Assembly: GCA_046563655.1 (NCBI GenBank)
Contig: CM102290.1
Coordinates: 372,001-436,000 of the forward strand
Length of the DNA: 64,000 nucleotides
DNA from: Yuukianura sp. NJ FZ-2021
Taxonomy: Eukaryota
Direction of reading: 5' to 3'
This document shows positions 62,601 to 64,000 of this stretch, piece by piece. Every line of letters begins with the position of its first letter. Positions within the stretch are counted from its first letter, which is position 1. The notes beneath the pieces are model-generated. The model was not told where the DNA came from. It made no database searches and saw nothing but the letters and a program-made list of their open reading frames with translations. The position numbers were made by a program, and so were the translations under genes.

Positions 62601-63764
62601 TTTTTACTTTGCAATTTTTGAAAAAAAAATTTTTTTTTTGTTTACGGAATTCTAGCATTTGAGAACTGTAAAAAAAATTTGCACATATACTTTTCATTTT
62701 TCAAAAAAAATTTTTAACTCTTGTTGATAAAATGTTACTCAACATTCGCCAAGGTTTTTAAGTTCAACAAATGTTTCGTTTTTCAGATTTTTGTTTATTT
62801 TTTTGAAACGTGAAGATTAAATTGGCTCAAAATTTTTAATGAAATGATTGTGGTGGATTAAGCGTTTTGTGTCACACCCTTATTTATTCTGTCGTTTTTA
62901 AAGTAGAAAGTTCCTGTTGGTGTTGGCGCCAAAGTTTGAAAAGTGATTGAATAAACTATGGTGGTAGATCCTTAGTAAGTTGGGACTAATTCAATCATAA
63001 TCTCCGTTTGATCGAAACAGCGGCAGTTTTTGAAAACTAAAACCCGTGTTAGGCAGAAAGCACTAAGCCTTTTGAAAAGTTTTTAGGAAACAAGCGACAC
63101 CGTTCCACTTGCACATTTTAATTACCAAACGGCTAAATAAATACTAAAAACACGAATATGGTTCAATAGTTTTTAAAAAGAACTTTTAAAATGTTAACTT
63201 TAGGTTAAGGTTAACCTTATAGGAATTGAGAGGGAGTTGGGGTGGTTTGGAAAGAGAAACAAGGAATCGGATATGCAGAGCACGATCGCTTTAATCGAAG
63301 AGGGAGATTGATCCAAATTTCAATTTCCAACTCTTTTTTGGGAGCGTCTTGGGGCGAAAGAATCGAATTCAAACAAGAAAAGAAAGTAGAGTTAGGATTC
63401 CTTCAGTTGTTAACCTGCATGGCAAACCACCATCAGCACGATGGTCGTACTTTCGAAACACTTTCACCTCAGGCGGATCAAAAGAAGACAAAAAAACTAG
63501 GTTGTGACAAACAATAGATGAAAAAGTGTAGAGAAGACATATGGAAATCATAAGAACCAAAGAAGTTACCGCCAGGCTTCAGAAAAAATTCAATCCACTT
63601 TTATTACAATACTCGACTTTGTTTCCAAAAGTTTCAAAATTTGGAATTTTTGGGTCAACTGAACTAATTTTGAATTTCGAAAGCATTTTATTCGATGTCC
63701 CTTAAAAACTTACCGTTCAGCTCAAATTTGGCAAATCCACTTTCATTTGATTATAAAATTTCTC

Positions 63765-64000
63765 TTTTTCAGTTGAAATTTTGAAAATTTACCTTTCAGC
63801 TGACTTGACTTTCTCTTTTTCAACTGAAATTTTCAAAATTTAGTTTTCAGTTGACCGTGCAACTTTTACTTTTGTGTTGAAATTTTGAAAATCTGCTTTC
63901 ACTCGATTGTCAAATTTCTCCGTTTCAGTTGAAATTTTGAAAATTCAACTTTCAATTGGCTGTTGAATTTCTCATATTTATCAGTTGAAATTCTAAAAAT
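63765..64000. repeat. Degenerate tandem repeat running off the window end
   Basis: TTTCAGTTGAAATTTTGAAAAT recurs about every 50-55 bp. Confidence 0.7.

Overview
This is eukaryotic, AT-rich, intron-containing arthropod-like DNA (probably a hexapod or crustacean), not a prokaryotic locus. I saw no CRISPR array, rRNA, intact tRNA or transposase. I reconstructed four spliced genes by hand from GT-AG junctions and phase checks. (1) The last five exons of a TMTC2-like TPR O-mannosyltransferase (+, 2485-8771). (2) A complete 8-exon M14A zinc metallocarboxypeptidase with a TATA/Inr promoter (+, 32549-34888). (3) A ~1,530-aa secreted low-complexity Pro/Gln/Thr-rich protein (+, 44694-49444; first coding exon uncertain). 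(4) A 5-exon Beaten path-like two-Ig protein (-, 59681-50366). The remainder is non-coding and dense in small transposon derivatives: a CAAGG-ended MITE family with 8-bp target duplications (7 two-ended copies and one solo end), TA-flanked Tc1/mariner-type MITEs, tRNA-derived SINE-like heads, and several minisatellites, two with higher-order structure. The best leads are a bantam-like microRNA hairpin at ~31.2 kb, the MITE family, the orphan secreted protein with a lone CxxCxxxPW motif, and a window-wide excess of E2F/CHR-like motifs. All calls are by eye; no database search or folding program was run.
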